A DNA stretch of 64,000 nt. It comes from Clostridiaceae bacterium. GTDB taxonomy: Bacteria > Bacillota > Clostridia > Christensenellales > CAG-138. Within the stretch, counting starts at the first letter, position 1. Each line of letters begins with the position of its first letter. The notes below the pieces were generated by a model, which made no database searches, was not told the DNA's origin, and worked only from the letters and a program-made list of their open reading frames with translations. The stretch covers positions 1,521 to 65,520 of the forward strand of contig JBDKTD010000020.1 of NCBI GenBank assembly GCA_039680365.1, in the 5' to 3' direction. Position numbers and translations under genes: made by a program. Of this stretch, positions 33,966 to 43,584 are shown piece after piece.

Positions 33966-34745
33966 ATGACACGAGAGGAAACGTCGGGCAAAGCCATCCC
34001 CGACAAAGGCGCGCTCTACTTTACGAGCGCGCGTGACAACGGCGAGCCGGAGTTTGACCTTGCGGAGTTAATTCTGCGCCTGGTCAACCATATCAAACTG
34101 ATCATCTTTTTTGCGCTGACCGGCGCGGCGCTTGCGGCGGCTTGCACGCTGTATTTGATCACGCCCGAGTATGAGGCTACATCCAAGCTGTATGTGCTCA
34201 ACTCGAGCGACTCGGCGCTGAATCTTTCGGATCTTCAGATCGGCTCCTATCTGGCGAGCGACTATATCGAGGTCTTTAAAACATGGGAAGTACACGAAAT
34301 GGTCATCAGCAACCTCAATCTGAAGTATTCCTATGCTGAAATGCAGGACATGCTGACGGTGGAGAATCCGACCGGCACGCGAATTCTCTATATCACCGTC
34401 ACATCGCCGTCTGCGGACGAGGCCGCCGCCATCGCCAACGAATACGCTTCCGTTGCCATTAAGTACATTGCGGACACCATGTCTACGGACGAACCGAACA
34501 TCATGTCTGTCGCGCTCGTGCCCACCAACCCTGCCTCGCCTGACGTGACGCAGAATATCCTGATCGGCTTTGCCGCGGGGTTCGTACTCTCGGTCATTTG
34601 GTTCACGATCCGGTACCTGACGGACGACAAGATTAAAACGATGGAAGACGTTCAGAAGTACGCCGGTTTGCCGGTGCTCGCCATCATCCCGGAAGTCGAA
34701 GAAGAGCCCGATCAGCAAAAGCAGGCAAAGAAGAAAGGCGCATAA
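33966..34745 (+). CDS. cpsC: Wzz/CpsC-type chain-length determinant, tyrosine-kinase transmembrane modulator
   Basis: Wzz N-terminal motif (DLAELILRL..., TPEYEATSKLYV), two TM helices bracketing a periplasmic-type domain, immediately upstream of the BY-kinase. Confidence 0.85.
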   Translation: MTREETSGKAIPDKGALYFTSARDNGEPEFDLAELILRLVNHIKLIIFFALTGAALAAACTLYLITPEYEATSKLYVLNSSDSALNLSDLQIGSYLASDYIEVFKTWEVHEMVISNLNLKYSYAEMQDMLTVENPTGTRILYITVTSPSADEAAAIANEYASVAIKYIADTMSTDEPNIMSVALVPTNPASPDVTQNILIGFAAGFVLSVIWFTIRYLTDDKIKTMEDVQKYAGLPVLAIIPEVEEEPDQQKQAKKKGA

Positions 34746-34749
34746 CGAC

Positions 34750-35460
34750 GTGAAGACGATAGCTTTTAAAAAACTGCCGGAACTGGACTACGCGGGTCGA
34801 GAAGCGGTCAACACGCTCTGCACAAACCTGACGTTTACCGGCGGGAAATACAAAAAAATTATGGTTACGAGCGTTTCCAACTCGGAAGGGAAAACGTTCC
34901 TCTCCATGCAGATGCTGCGAACGCTCTCGGAGCTGGGCAAGCGCGTTGTGCTCGTGGACGCGGATTTGCGCCGTTCAACGATTGACGCAACCTACCGCGT
35001 GCAGTATGCGGATAAGGAAAAACTCGGAATTACGCACTATCTGGCAAGAAAGTGCGAAGTCGAGGATATCTTCTACAGCACGGATCTGCGGCGCGCATAC
35101 TATGTGCCCATCGGGTTTGCGGTTTCCAATTCGCTGACGCTGCTCAACTCGCCGCGATTTGCGGCTCTGCTGGATCAAATTTCGCAGAATGTCGATTACA
35201 TTCTGCTGGATGTTCCGCCGGTCGGCATGATCGTTGACGGCTTGGAGATTGCGCGCTCCTGCGACGGCGCGCTGCTTGTGCTCGGTTACAACAAAGTGCG
35301 CCGCAGGGAGATTGTTGACGTGCGCAGCCAGATTGAGCGCGCGGGGTGCGATGTTATCGGAACCGTCATCAACAGCGTACCAATGAATATCTACAGCAGC
35401 AAAAACTATATGGGGCGGCTCCACTATTCCGGGTATCAGCCGGAGTATACAAAGCTGTGA
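34750..35460 (+). CDS. cpsD: CpsD/CapB-type bacterial tyrosine kinase (BY-kinase)
   Basis: Walker A SNSEGKTF, A' VLVDADLRR, B ILLDVPP. C-terminal Tyr cluster YSSKNYMGRLHYSGYQPEY. Confidence 0.85.
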   Translation: MKTIAFKKLPELDYAGREAVNTLCTNLTFTGGKYKKIMVTSVSNSEGKTFLSMQMLRTLSELGKRVVLVDADLRRSTIDATYRVQYADKEKLGITHYLARKCEVEDIFYSTDLRRAYYVPIGFAVSNSLTLLNSPRFAALLDQISQNVDYILLDVPPVGMIVDGLEIARSCDGALLVLGYNKVRRREIVDVRSQIERAGCDVIGTVINSVPMNIYSSKNYMGRLHYSGYQPEYTKL

Positions 35461-35489
35461 AGCCTGCCTCCGCGGAAGCTGTAACCAGG

Positions 35490-36212
35490 ATGAATGCGTT
35501 TATCGATATCCATCAGCATATCCTCTACGGGGTTGACGACGGGGCGGCGAACCGGGCGGAAATGCGAAAAATGCTGCTTACCGCCAGCGCAAACGGCGTG
35601 GCAGTGATTCTTGCAACGCCCCATATTGCGCCCGGCATCAAGCCGTTTTCTGCGGATACGTTCAACAAGCGGCTGGAAGAAGCCCGCGCGATGATTCGCG
35701 AGCATCGTCTGCCAATGGAGATGCACCTGGGCGCGGAAGTTCTCTATACGTACCAGACGCCGAGGTTCTTCAGCGAACACCGGATTCCATCGCTTGCGGG
35801 CACAGGCAAGGTGCTGCTGGAGTTCCCGCGAAAGATCGACTTCTTTGAGCTGGAGAGCGCGGTTCTAATGACGCTGCGCTGCGGGTACATACCGGTTCTG
35901 GCGCATATAGAGCGGTATGAATGCCTTATGCATGGCAAACAGACTCTTTGCCGCCTCAAGGAACACGCAGAGGTCTTCTGCCAGATCAATTGCGACAGCG
36001 TTCTGCGCTGGGGAGGTCGTTCTCCAAACGGAACGCTCCGCCACATGCTGGAGGATGGACTGATCGACTTTGTCGCTTCGGACGCGCACCATGGCCTTCA
36101 GCAGAATTGCCGGATGCAGGCGGCATATGAGGCGCTCTGCAAGCTCGTTGGGGAAACAGCCGCCAACCGCATGACGCTCAACGGCGCTTCGCTCGAAGTT
36201 TTACACGAATAA
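35490..36212 (+). CDS. cpsB: CpsB/YwqE-type PHP-family phosphotyrosine phosphatase
   Basis: Start MNAFIDIHQHILYGVDDG (the signature IDIHxHxLxGxDDG); later ATPH and SDAHH motifs. Confidence 0.85.
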   Translation: MNAFIDIHQHILYGVDDGAANRAEMRKMLLTASANGVAVILATPHIAPGIKPFSADTFNKRLEEARAMIREHRLPMEMHLGAEVLYTYQTPRFFSEHRIPSLAGTGKVLLEFPRKIDFFELESAVLMTLRCGYIPVLAHIERYECLMHGKQTLCRLKEHAEVFCQINCDSVLRWGGRSPNGTLRHMLEDGLIDFVASDAHHGLQQNCRMQAAYEALCKLVGETAANRMTLNGASLEVLHE

Positions 36213-36286
36213 TGCAAAAATCGGCAGCCCTGTGCGCGAACACGCGCATGCGGCTGCCTTGAACCGAAAGAAAGACTGGAGTAACT

Positions 36287-37024
36287 ATGACGCAGCCAAT
36301 CGCAGTATTTCCTGAAGAGCCGTTGACCTTGAACAATGCGGACGTCGCGTCCGCGGCGGCAGCGGATGCGCCCGGTCAGCAGCGCCCGATCCGGCTCGCG
36401 GCGGAAACGCGCGAATCAAAAGGGTATTTGTTTGTTAAGCGTGTGTTCGATATCCTGCTTTCCGGCTTAGCGCTGATCGCGCTTTCCCCGCTGTTATTGA
36501 TCATCGCGCTGGTCATTTTTTTGGACGACCCGCATGGCAGCCCGCTCTTTGTGCAGGAGCGCGCCGGTAAAAACGGAAGCGTTTTTAAGATGCTGAAGTT
36601 TCGCAGCATGGTAATGGACGCCGAAAAGAAGCTGGGCGAACTGCTGGAAAAAAACGAGATGTCCGGCGCAATTTTCAAGATCAAGGAAGACCCGCGCATC
36701 ACCAAGGTGGGGCGGTTTATCCGGCGAACCAGCATAGACGAGCTGCCGCAGCTGGTCAATGTGCTGCTTGGACAGATGAGCATCGTAGGCCCGCGCCCCG
36801 TGGTGCTGCGGGAGGCGGCGCAGTATACGCGCTACCAGAAGCAACGTTTTGCCGTCACGCCCGGTTTGACCTGTATTTATCAGGTGCAGAAGAACCGCTA
36901 TGAGCTGAGTTTTGAGGAATGCGTTGAAATGGATTTGGAGTATATCCGCCGCCATAATTTTTGGCTGGACTGCAAACTGGTTTGGATGACGATCGGCATC
37001 GTGCTCCGGGGGATAGGCGCGTAA
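36287..37024 (+). CDS. Initiating polyprenyl-phosphate sugar-phosphate transferase (PglC/WbaP-C-domain family)
   Basis: KRVFDILLSGLALIALSPLLLIIALVI, FKMLKFRSM, DELPQLVNVLLGQMSIVGPRP, typical of Bac_transf. Confidence 0.85.
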   Translation: MTQPIAVFPEEPLTLNNADVASAAAADAPGQQRPIRLAAETRESKGYLFVKRVFDILLSGLALIALSPLLLIIALVIFLDDPHGSPLFVQERAGKNGSVFKMLKFRSMVMDAEKKLGELLEKNEMSGAIFKIKEDPRITKVGRFIRRTSIDELPQLVNVLLGQMSIVGPRPVVLREAAQYTRYQKQRFAVTPGLTCIYQVQKNRYELSFEECVEMDLEYIRRHNFWLDCKLVWMTIGIVLRGIGA

Positions 37025-37073
37025 CCGGTTGCTGATAGAAATAAAACAAGACAGGATGAGTGGAACAGGGAGT

Positions 37074-38132
37074 ATGGATCAGATCAACGTTGGTATTATC
37101 GGCTTTGGGTATATGGGGCATCACCATTACAACAAGATCCTCGCAACGGAGGGCTTGCGCGCGTATGCCGTGTTCGACATTGACCCGGCAAAGCTGGACG
37201 AAGCGGAAACGCTGGGGCTAAAGGCTTACCGCTCTGCCGAATCGTTTCTGGCGGACGAGAGCATCGGGCTGGTGCAGATTTGCACCTCTAACGAGACGCA
37301 CGCCATGTACGCCTGTATGGCGCTTTCCGCCGGCAAGCATGTGATGGCTGAAAAACCCGTGACCATGAACCTGGGCGAACTGGAAGAGGTCATCCAGTGC
37401 GCCAGGAAAAACGGCAAAATCTTTACCGTTCATCAAAACCGCCGCTGGGACGCGGACTATCTGACCGTAAAAAACGTGGTGCGCAGCGGCGGCGTGGGAA
37501 AGGTTACGACCATTCAGTCCAGCGTATTCGGCGAGCGGGGCGTTTGCTTTGGCTGGCGCGCCGACCCGGAAAAAGGCGGAGGGATGCTGCTCGACTGGGG
37601 CGTACACCTGATTGACCAGATGATCGACCTGTTTCCGGAGGAACCGGTCACCAGCATTCACGCCCGTATGCTGAGCGTACTCACCCCCGCCGTGGACGAC
37701 TATTTTGAGCTGCGGCTCGGTTTTACGCTTGGCACGGTTGCGCAGATTACGGTTGGCACGTTCGCGCTGGAAAAACTGTCTCGCTGGTTTGTCAACGGGG
37801 ACAAGGGGACGCTCAAAATTGAAACGTTCGATCCCGCAACGGGTTCGCTGCGCCGCATTCGCGGGGACGTCAAGGGGTTTGAAAGCGTTTCTGGCCAGCA
37901 TACGCTTGGCCCAAGCCGAACCATGGCGCCGCTGAAGGCGGAACATATAGAATGCGTCGGCCTGCCGGAAGTCGGGGAACTCGGCGGCGAATACTATCGA
38001 AACCTCGCTTCGTGTCTTGCAGGGCGCGAACAGCCGCATGTTGCCTGGAGCCAGATGCGAAGGGTGATGCAGATTGTAGACCTTGCGCGCGAATCGGCGC
38101 TGAGCAATCAAGTACTGCACGTTTCAATATAG
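37074..38132 (+). CDS. Gfo/Idh/MocA-family NAD(P) oxidoreductase
   Basis: Start MDQINVGIIGFGYMG after GGGAG. EKP motif (VMAEKPV). Confidence 0.8.
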   Translation: MDQINVGIIGFGYMGHHHYNKILATEGLRAYAVFDIDPAKLDEAETLGLKAYRSAESFLADESIGLVQICTSNETHAMYACMALSAGKHVMAEKPVTMNLGELEEVIQCARKNGKIFTVHQNRRWDADYLTVKNVVRSGGVGKVTTIQSSVFGERGVCFGWRADPEKGGGMLLDWGVHLIDQMIDLFPEEPVTSIHARMLSVLTPAVDDYFELRLGFTLGTVAQITVGTFALEKLSRWFVNGDKGTLKIETFDPATGSLRRIRGDVKGFESVSGQHTLGPSRTMAPLKAEHIECVGLPEVGELGGEYYRNLASCLAGREQPHVAWSQMRRVMQIVDLARESALSNQVLHVSI

Positions 38133-38146
38133 GGAGGAGGGCTACC

Positions 38147-39103
38147 TTGGAAATTCTCGTTGGAAACACCGGGTTTGTCGGCCAGAATCTGGCGGCGGAG
38201 CATCACTTTGACGGACTGTTTCACGCAAGCGACATTGCCGAAGCATACGGCGCGTGTCCGGATCTGCTCGTTTACGCGGGCGTGACCGGAACCAAATACA
38301 TGGCCAATCACGAGCCGGAAAAAGACCTTGCCGTCGTGAAAAATGCGCTGGAGAACATCCGCCGCATTCGCCCGAAGCGGCTGGTGCTGATTTCGAGCGT
38401 GGACGTGTACCGCGACCCCGTCGGCGTCGATGAGGACGATATCAGCCAAACGGAGCACATGCAAACCTACGGAATCGACCGTCTGCTGCTGGAGCAATGG
38501 GTTCGCGAGGAATATCCGGAAGCGCTGTTTGTCCGCCTGCCGGGTATTTACGGGCTGGGGCTGAAAAAGAACTTCATCTACGATTATATCCACCTCGTTC
38601 CGCCCATGCTGACCAATCAGCTATTTTTTGAACTCAGCGCGCAGGATTCGATGATTGCGGATTATTATACCGACCTGCACAACGGCTTTTACCAGTGCGC
38701 CGCGCAGGACGGACGCAGCTATGCAGCCCTGCAGCGGTACTTTACGAAGGCCGGTTTTTCCGCTATGAACTTTACCGATTCGCGCGGAATCTTTCAGTAT
38801 TACAATCTTCGCTATCTCTGGCTGCATCTCGTCGTTGCGATGAATAACCAGCTCAAACGAATCAACATCGCGACCGAACCGTTTTCCATTGCCGAACTCT
38901 GCTCGTATCTGGACGGGCGGACATTTGAGAATTATCTGGAGAAACCGCTTGTGCATTACGACGTGTATACACGCTACGCCAGCCTGTTCGGCAAGAGCGG
39001 CAACTATATCTTCTCGAAAGAAGATGTGTTCCGCGATCTTAAAAAATACATCGCCGAGCAACAGCGGCAGTTCCTGGAGGAACGCTGGGAGGAAGCGCAG
39101 TGA
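38147..39103 (+). CDS. NAD-dependent epimerase/dehydratase (extended SDR)-like protein
   Basis: TTG start after GGGAGGAGG. N-terminal ILVGNTGFVGQNL (GxxGxxG). The upstream in-frame extension to 37952 overlaps the previous gene and was rejected. Confidence 0.6.
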   Translation: MEILVGNTGFVGQNLAAEHHFDGLFHASDIAEAYGACPDLLVYAGVTGTKYMANHEPEKDLAVVKNALENIRRIRPKRLVLISSVDVYRDPVGVDEDDISQTEHMQTYGIDRLLLEQWVREEYPEALFVRLPGIYGLGLKKNFIYDYIHLVPPMLTNQLFFELSAQDSMIADYYTDLHNGFYQCAAQDGRSYAALQRYFTKAGFSAMNFTDSRGIFQYYNLRYLWLHLVVAMNNQLKRINIATEPFSIAELCSYLDGRTFENYLEKPLVHYDVYTRYASLFGKSGNYIFSKEDVFRDLKKYIAEQQRQFLEERWEEAQ

Positions 39104-39870
39104 AAACCGTTTTGCTTGCCGGCGGGTTTGGCACGCGGATTTCCGAGGAATCGCATCTTAAGCCAAAGCCCATGATTGAGATTGGCGGCATGCCGATTCT
39201 CTGGCACATCATGAAGCATTACTCGCATTACGGGTTCAACGAGTTCATCATCTGCGCGGGATACAAGCATCAGGTGATCAAGGAGTGGTTTTCCAACTAC
39301 TTTGTCAACAATTCGGACGTCACCTTCGATTTCTCGCGCGGCAATGAAACGATTATTCATAACCGCCGCTCGGAACCCTGGAAGGTCACCGTCGTAGATA
39401 CCGGGCTTACCACTATGACAGGCGGGCGCATCAAGCGCATTGGCGATTATCTCGACGCCGAGCCGTTTTTCATGACGTATGGCGACGGCGTCAGCGACGT
39501 GGATATCCCTTCGTTGCTGGCATTCCACCAATGGCATAAAAAGCTGGCGACCATGACGGCAATCCAGCCGGACAGCCGCTACGGGATGATCGATTTTGAC
39601 GGAGACCGCGTGCTGGCGTTCCGCGAAAAAAGCCAGACCGACGCAAGCTGGATTAACGGCGGCTTTATGGTATTGAACCCCGCCGTGCTGGACTACATTC
39701 GGGACGATACCGTTATGTTCGAGCGCGAGCCAATGGAGAAGATCGCCGAAGCGGGACAGCTCATGTGTTACAAACATACGGGGTTTTGGCAGTGCATGGA
39801 TACCCTGCGGGACAAGGAGCGGCTTGAACGGCTCTGGGCGGAAGGAACGCCGCCCTGGAAACTCTGGTAA
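39100..39870 (+). CDS. rfbF: Glucose-1-phosphate cytidylyltransferase
   Basis: MKTVLLAGGFGTRISEESHLKPKPMIEIGGMPILWHIMKHYSHYGFNEFIICAGYKHQVIKEWFSNYF is near-canonical RfbF sequence. GTGA overlap with the upstream gene. Confidence 0.9.
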   Translation: MKTVLLAGGFGTRISEESHLKPKPMIEIGGMPILWHIMKHYSHYGFNEFIICAGYKHQVIKEWFSNYFVNNSDVTFDFSRGNETIIHNRRSEPWKVTVVDTGLTTMTGGRIKRIGDYLDAEPFFMTYGDGVSDVDIPSLLAFHQWHKKLATMTAIQPDSRYGMIDFDGDRVLAFREKSQTDASWINGGFMVLNPAVLDYIRDDTVMFEREPMEKIAEAGQLMCYKHTGFWQCMDTLRDKERLERLWAEGTPPWKLW

Positions 39871-39892
39871 CGGAGACGGAAAAAGGGGTGTA

Positions 39893-41005
39893 ATGATGCT
39901 GGATCTGGATTTTTACCGCGGCAGACGGGTATTTCTTACGGGGCATACGGGCTTTAAGGGCGCGTGGCTCTGCAAGCTGCTCTCCAGCCTCGGCGCGGAG
40001 GTCTATGGCTTTGCCGGGCCGCCGCCGACGCTTCCTTCGCTGTATCAAATTGCGAATATCGAGTACGACGTCCACTCCGCCATCGGGGACGTCCGCGACC
40101 CGCTGAGCCTTCGCGCGGCGTTCTTGGAAGCGCGGCCGGAAATCGTTCTGCATCTGGCGGCGCAGCCGATCGTGCGCAGGAGCTACCGGAAACCTGCGCT
40201 GACCTACGAAACCAACGTGATGGGAACCGTAAACATTCTGGAGTGCGTGCGCGCGTCAAAATGCGTCCGCTCGTTTGTCAACGTTACGACCGACAAGGTT
40301 TACCTCAACCGCGAGTGGGAGTGGGGTTACCGCGAAAACGAAATGCTCGACGGGCTCGACCCGTATTCAAACTCCAAGTCCTGTTCGGAGCTCGTGACCC
40401 ATAGCTACAAAGCGAGCTTTTTTACGGACGAACACGGCAGGCCGACCGTTCCAATTTCCACCGCGCGGGCGGGAAACGTCATCGGCGGCGGGGATTTTGC
40501 CGCGGACAGGATTATTCCGGACTGTGTGCGCGCGGCGCTCGGCGGTCAGGAGATCAGCATTCGGTATCCGCATTCCGTCCGGCCGTACCAGCATGTGCTG
40601 GAACCGCTCTGCGCGTATTTAATGATCGCGGCACACCAGTACGAAACGCCCGCGCTCGCCGGTTGGTATAACGTCGGCCCGGACGACGCGGACTGCTACG
40701 AAACGGGCGATCTGGCGGAACTGTTTGTCCGCGCATGGGGCGGCGGGCTGAAATGGGTCAGCCGGGAAGAGAACGGCCCGCATGAAGCGAACTATCTCAA
40801 ACTGAACTGCGACAAGCTGAAAAAGAACTTCGGCTGGAAGCCGACCTGGCGGCTGCCGCAGGCGGTGGAAGAAACGGTTGAATGGACAAAATGCTGGCGA
40901 GACAGCGGGGATGTTCGCGCCTGCATGGACCGGCAGATCGACACGTTTTTTGAGGATATGGGCGCAGGCTGCCCGGAGACGATTCGAACGGCAAGCGCCG
41001 TTTAG
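39893..41005 (+). CDS. rfbG: CDP-glucose 4,6-dehydratase
   Basis: FYRGRRVFLTGHTGFKGAWLCKLLSSLGAEVYGF plus the YSNSK catalytic motif, immediately after rfbF. Confidence 0.85.
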   Translation: MMLDLDFYRGRRVFLTGHTGFKGAWLCKLLSSLGAEVYGFAGPPPTLPSLYQIANIEYDVHSAIGDVRDPLSLRAAFLEARPEIVLHLAAQPIVRRSYRKPALTYETNVMGTVNILECVRASKCVRSFVNVTTDKVYLNREWEWGYRENEMLDGLDPYSNSKSCSELVTHSYKASFFTDEHGRPTVPISTARAGNVIGGGDFAADRIIPDCVRAALGGQEISIRYPHSVRPYQHVLEPLCAYLMIAAHQYETPALAGWYNVGPDDADCYETGDLAELFVRAWGGGLKWVSREENGPHEANYLKLNCDKLKKNFGWKPTWRLPQAVEETVEWTKCWRDSGDVRACMDRQIDTFFEDMGAGCPETIRTASAV

Positions 41006-41025
41006 CGAAGAAAGGGGGGTATCGT

Positions 41026-41961
41026 ATGCCGGGTATGATCCGGGTTATCATCACCGGGGCGGACGGGTTTGTAGGGAGTTACACCGCGCGCTGTTTTGCC
41101 GAGCACGGCGTTTCCGTTCTGGCCGTGGATCGTTTGGCGGAGCCGCGGCGGCTAGTTCTGTCCAAGCGGCTGAGCTATCTTCAAGCCGATATTACGGATT
41201 TAGAATCGCTTCGCGCTGTTCTGCCGCAACTGGAATTTGATACGTTTATCCACCTTGCGTGGATGGGTTCCGCCGGGAGTGAGCGGTCGGATTACCGACT
41301 GCAGATGCAGAACGCGCTCTGCGCGGTGGACTGCTTGAAGTTTGCAAAGCAGATTGGCTGTAAGCGCTTCGTTTGCGCGGGCAGCATCATGGAGCGCGAA
41401 GTGGAAGCGGTGGTGCATTCGCAGGGCAGCAAGCCCGGCGCCGCCTATATCTACGGCATGGGCAAGCACATCGCCCACAGCCTCTGCAAAGCCGTTGCCG
41501 CGGAGATCGGCGTCGATCTCATTTGGCCGATAATTACAAACGCGTATGGCGAGGGCGAGTATTCGCCGCGATTTATCAATACGACGATACGAAAGATCCT
41601 CCGCAGGGAACCCCTGCAGTTTACCTCCGGTACGCAGAACTACGATTTCGTGCATGTGGAAGACGTGGCGCGCGCGCTGTATCTCATCTCCGAGCATGGC
41701 AAACCGTTTTATGAGTACCTCATCGGCAGCGGAAGCGCGCGCCCGCTCAGGCAGTTCGTTCTGGAACTGCAGCGGACGCTCGCGCCGGAGGCAGAACCGC
41801 TGTTTGGCGATTTGCCGTATACGGGCATCAACATGCCGCTTTCGGCGTTCGATACTTCCGTAACGGAGAAAGATTGCTTTTTTCGCGCGGAAATACCGTT
41901 TGCCGCAGGCGTCCGCCGTACGATGGACTGGCTGAAAACGGTGGAAGGAGAACTGGCATGA
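41026..41961 (+). CDS. NAD-dependent epimerase/reductase (extended SDR), probable CDP-4-keto-6-deoxyhexose reductase/epimerase
   Basis: VIITGADGFVGSY Rossmann motif and YGMGK (YxxxK). Its position in the CDP-sugar block supports the role. Confidence 0.6.
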   Translation: MPGMIRVIITGADGFVGSYTARCFAEHGVSVLAVDRLAEPRRLVLSKRLSYLQADITDLESLRAVLPQLEFDTFIHLAWMGSAGSERSDYRLQMQNALCAVDCLKFAKQIGCKRFVCAGSIMEREVEAVVHSQGSKPGAAYIYGMGKHIAHSLCKAVAAEIGVDLIWPIITNAYGEGEYSPRFINTTIRKILRREPLQFTSGTQNYDFVHVEDVARALYLISEHGKPFYEYLIGSGSARPLRQFVLELQRTLAPEAEPLFGDLPYTGINMPLSAFDTSVTEKDCFFRAEIPFAAGVRRTMDWLKTVEGELA

Positions 41962-42557
41962 CGCAGCCGTTTCGCTTTGACCCGCTTCCGCTGGAAGGCG
42001 CGTATTGCGTTACGCCGTTTTCCGCGTTTGACGAGCGCGGAGGCTTCATTAAGGACTACAGCGCGGAGGCGTTTGCCGTCAACGGTATAAGCCATCCGCT
42101 CAAGGAAGTGTTTTACACGCTCTCGCATCGCGGGGTGATGCGCGCGCTGCATTTTCAGCTGCAGCGCCAGCAGGCGAAACTTGTTCGCTGCGTTTCCGGG
42201 CATGTTTACGACGTTATCGTCGATCTTCGCCCCGGCTCCCCAACCTTCGGCCAGTGGCTCGGGTTCGACCTCACGGGAGAAAATCGGACGAGCCTCTACG
42301 TTCCGCGTTACTTCGGTCACGGGTATCTGGTGCTGGAGGAGTCCATCGTTTCCTACCAATGCGCGGAGAGCTTTTTTGCCGAGGGGGATTCCGGCATCCT
42401 CTGGAACGATCCCGACCTCGCTATCCGCTGGCCGCTGGAAAAAATCGGCGGGGCGGATCATATGATTCTCAGTCAAAAGGATCAAAACCTGATGCGCTTT
42501 TGCGATTATGCCGCACTTATGAAAAAATCGGCAGGCGCTTTGGAGACGAACGGATGA
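41958..42557 (+). CDS. RmlC-like cupin sugar-nucleotide 3,5-epimerase
   Basis: ATGA overlap start. The sequence FDERGGF, RGVMRALHFQ, KLVRCVSGHVYDVIVDLR, GHGYLVL matches dTDP-4-dehydrorhamnose 3,5-epimerase-family motifs. Confidence 0.75.
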   Translation: MTQPFRFDPLPLEGAYCVTPFSAFDERGGFIKDYSAEAFAVNGISHPLKEVFYTLSHRGVMRALHFQLQRQQAKLVRCVSGHVYDVIVDLRPGSPTFGQWLGFDLTGENRTSLYVPRYFGHGYLVLEESIVSYQCAESFFAEGDSGILWNDPDLAIRWPLEKIGGADHMILSQKDQNLMRFCDYAALMKKSAGALETNG

Positions 42558-43570
42558 ACGTTGTGTATTCCAGCAGCGATTCTTATGCGGAGATCGCGGG
42601 TATTTCCATGCTGTCGCTGTTTGAAACCAACAGGGAGGCCGGTTGGATCCGCGTTTTTATTCTGGATAACGGGATATCCGAACAGAACCGTGCCCGCCTG
42701 AACGAAACGGCGCGCGCGTTTGCGCGTGAAATCGTCTTTCTGCCGCCGCCGGATCTCGAACAGACGCTGGGGCTGCGTGTGGAAACCTATAAATGGAACA
42801 TCGGCACATTCTATCGGCTGTTTCTATGCTCCGTGCTGCCGCAGTCCGTGGAGCGGCTCATCTACCTAGACTGCGATACGATTGTGCGCGGAAGCCTTGC
42901 TCCACTCTGGACGCTCGATTTAAAAGGCTGCTCCATGGCGGCTGTGGACGATACCCGCGCCGACGCGTATAAGCTCGAACTCGGCCTGAACACGAGCGAC
43001 ACCTATACCAACAACGGCGTGATGCTGGTCGATCTGGCAAAATGGCGCGCCGAAGGGATTGAACGCCTGTTCATTGAAAAACTTGTCGAGAGAAAGGGCA
43101 AGTTGCCGTTTGTCGATCAGGGCGTGCTCAACGCGGTGCTTTCGCGCCGCAAAAAGGTGCTAGTGCTGCCGCCGCGCTGCAACGCCATGACGTTTCTATT
43201 TTACTTCAGCTATCCGGAGCTTCTGCGGTTTCGGCGTCCCAGCAGTCCTTATTTGACGCGCGAGGAGTTCGAGGAGGCGAGAGTCAACCCGCTGATCGTT
43301 CACTTTTTCCCCTGTTTCATGGCGGGGACGCGCCCCTGGAACGAAAAGGACACGCATCCGTTTACGCCTGAGTACCGCGCTTGCAAAGCCAGATCGCCCT
43401 GGAAGGACGCGCCATACCGCGCCGACGAGCGAAGCGCGCCGAGAAAGCTCTTTACCGTGGTTTGTAATGTGCTGCCGCGGCCAATCATGCTTTTCTTTGT
43501 TTCTCTGCTGCATGCACAGCTTCTGCCCTTTTTTCGAAAGGCGGCGGCATGGATCAAAAAGAAGACGTAA
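42554..43570 (+). CDS. Glycosyltransferase family 8
   Basis: ATGA overlap start MNVVYSSSDSYA. DxD in YLDCDTIV. Pattern typical of GT8 (LgtC/GspA-like). Confidence 0.75.
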   Translation: MNVVYSSSDSYAEIAGISMLSLFETNREAGWIRVFILDNGISEQNRARLNETARAFAREIVFLPPPDLEQTLGLRVETYKWNIGTFYRLFLCSVLPQSVERLIYLDCDTIVRGSLAPLWTLDLKGCSMAAVDDTRADAYKLELGLNTSDTYTNNGVMLVDLAKWRAEGIERLFIEKLVERKGKLPFVDQGVLNAVLSRRKKVLVLPPRCNAMTFLFYFSYPELLRFRRPSSPYLTREEFEEARVNPLIVHFFPCFMAGTRPWNEKDTHPFTPEYRACKARSPWKDAPYRADERSAPRKLFTVVCNVLPRPIMLFFVSLLHAQLLPFFRKAAAWIKKKT

Positions 43571-43584
43571 CAGGAGGGAACCCT

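Noticed and set aside
37074-42557. Calling the CDP-sugar block a 3,6-dideoxyhexose (abequose/paratose/tyvelose) pathway.
   Set aside because: I recognised no PLP/PMP 3-dehydrase (RfbH/DdhC) or E3 reductase at this locus or among the other annotated genes; only rfbF and rfbG plus generic SDR/cupin enzymes are present.
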